Assembly: GCF_009914755.1 (NCBI RefSeq) | Contig: NC_060933.1 | Direction: 5' to 3' (one strand) | Source: the human T2T-CHM13v2.0 reference genome, Homo sapiens | Length of the DNA: 64,000 bases | Part shown: positions 62,331 through 64,000 of the stretch, piece by piece | Layout of the letters: each line of letters starts with the position of its first letter | Position numbering within the stretch: the stretch's first letter is position 1 | The notes under the pieces: generated by a model | What the model was told of the DNA's origin: nothing | The model's database searches: none | What the model saw: only the letters and a program-made list of their open reading frames with translations | Position numbers and translations under genes: made by a program

Positions 62331-64000
62331 TAATAAATCTGCCTCTATTCATAAGTAAGATTCTGCTTGTGTTTTGACTTTGCCATGTGCTCAGGGAAGG
62401 TAAGTAAAATTAAAATGTCTAGGAGAAGAAAGTGTAAATAACAACAAATTCCTGTTGGCAACGTATTTATGAATATGGAAGAAGAGATGCCCTCTTATCC
62501 TGTGAGATGGAAAGAAAAAAAGCCAAGAATAAATACAAATTAAAGCAAGCAAGTCTAAAATAAGATAATTAACATTATTCTGGGAAGTAGAAGACAAAGT
62601 ACTTCTGCTAGGAATGGGAAGACCAAATATGGACTGGAGTATTTGAAAACTCGGTGGATATTTGGAATATCTGTTGTGGACAAAAAAGAGACAGAAAAAA
62701 GGAAGAGATCAAAAAGTCAAGTAATTTGAAGTGATTATAGGGAAAAGTGATCTGGACACAGTTTGTGTCATTCACAAAAGCATCTGACCAAGAGAGTAAA
62801 CTCTGCCCTGTGGTCAACAGTTACTATTAAAATTTCATCATTCAGATTCAGGGCTTATTTCTAGTTGATACAAAAGTGGAACATTGCCCTACATAATGTT
62901 ATACTTTTTGTTATTCAGAAATGTTGAAGTTTCTATGCATGAGGTTTTTGTTATTTGACATAATGATTTATTTCACTCATTGTGTTTATCTTATCCAGAT
63001 TAGATAGAAATTAACCAATTTTAACTTTCTGTCTGTTCTGTATGTTTTAGTAACAAGTAATTCAGGAGTGCATGCAAATGCAACATGAAATGAACAGACG
63101 ATAAAATAGAGTATATCTGCATAAAGACTTTTCATATGTTATAATAAACAGTATCAAAAACATTATTTGTCTTAAACTGTTTAAAAAATGCCAGTATGTC
63201 ATTTTTAACCTAGTATCAAAATCGTAATCATGTGAAAAGTAAATATTTCTTTAAGTTTTGTAAAATATTTGATGTAGAATATTTAGCTCCAAATTAATTA
63301 GGAGAATTTCATAGTGTCTTATAATTAAGCTGCCCTTAAATACACCTGAACCTTCATGCAAACGTCTGTGGTTATTTGTCTCCACATGTTTCAGCAGATG
63401 AGGTGATTTGAATGCAGCAAAAAATTTAATAGCTTAAGTTGAAACAGGAATTATCCTAAGGGAATCTGTAGAAATGCATTCAAGAGCAGATGAGCTATAT
63501 CTATTTCTTTCATGCTTTGGTGTAGTAAGTAATTGTTCATAGCCAAACGCTTTACGAAGATAAATGATTGATATAATGAATGACCCGAAGATGCCCAAGA
63601 GCACATGAAAACAGAAATGCCTTTGTTCTGAAGGAGAATGTCTTAGTATAGTTATAAATTGAATGTAAAAATTGTGGCTGAAATTATTCTAAAAATCACA
63701 AGAAGCTGCATTTAAACTGTGCTATGGCATCTATTCAAAAGATTTGAAACCATTTGTTTTCTGAATTGCACCCAACATAAAGCTTTCTCACACAGAACAA
63801 AACAGAAGTAAGCATCAGTCACACTTCCAACATGCATACATTTTGCTCTAAAGGAACAGCTGTTACTTGATGAAAAGTCGATGAAAGATGCCCAACATTT
63901 GTTTTTAAAAAGTTATCACCCAAACAAGAATTGTTTGGAACCAGATGCTAAAATCGAGAGTGGTCTGTTTATTTCAGTTCAGAGTGTTATAAAAATGTTA

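Overview
AT-rich, gene-poor primate DNA, almost certainly human (it carries an SVA_F-like element and an AluYb8). No intact protein-coding gene is supported; the listed ORFs come from repeats or chance. The window is a mosaic of Alu, L1, L2, MIR, MaLR/ERVL LTRs and DNA-transposon relics, plus a decayed ERVL-type pol region and a 3'-truncated RPL7A processed pseudogene. Main result: the THE1A pieces at the two ends (1811-2810 on +, 60585-61849 on -) are complementary halves of ONE provirus. They abut in the consensus as recalled, share a 5-bp TSD (ATCAC) and share LTR variants, so the ~58.8 kb between them is a fossil inversion with near base-resolved breakpoints. Other notable structures: a twin-primed SVA with a 3' transduction, and an old L1 3' transduction that carried L2/LTR fragments into a younger Tigger element. 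Repeat family names come from recalled consensus sequences, not a database search, and boundaries of old repeats are approximate.
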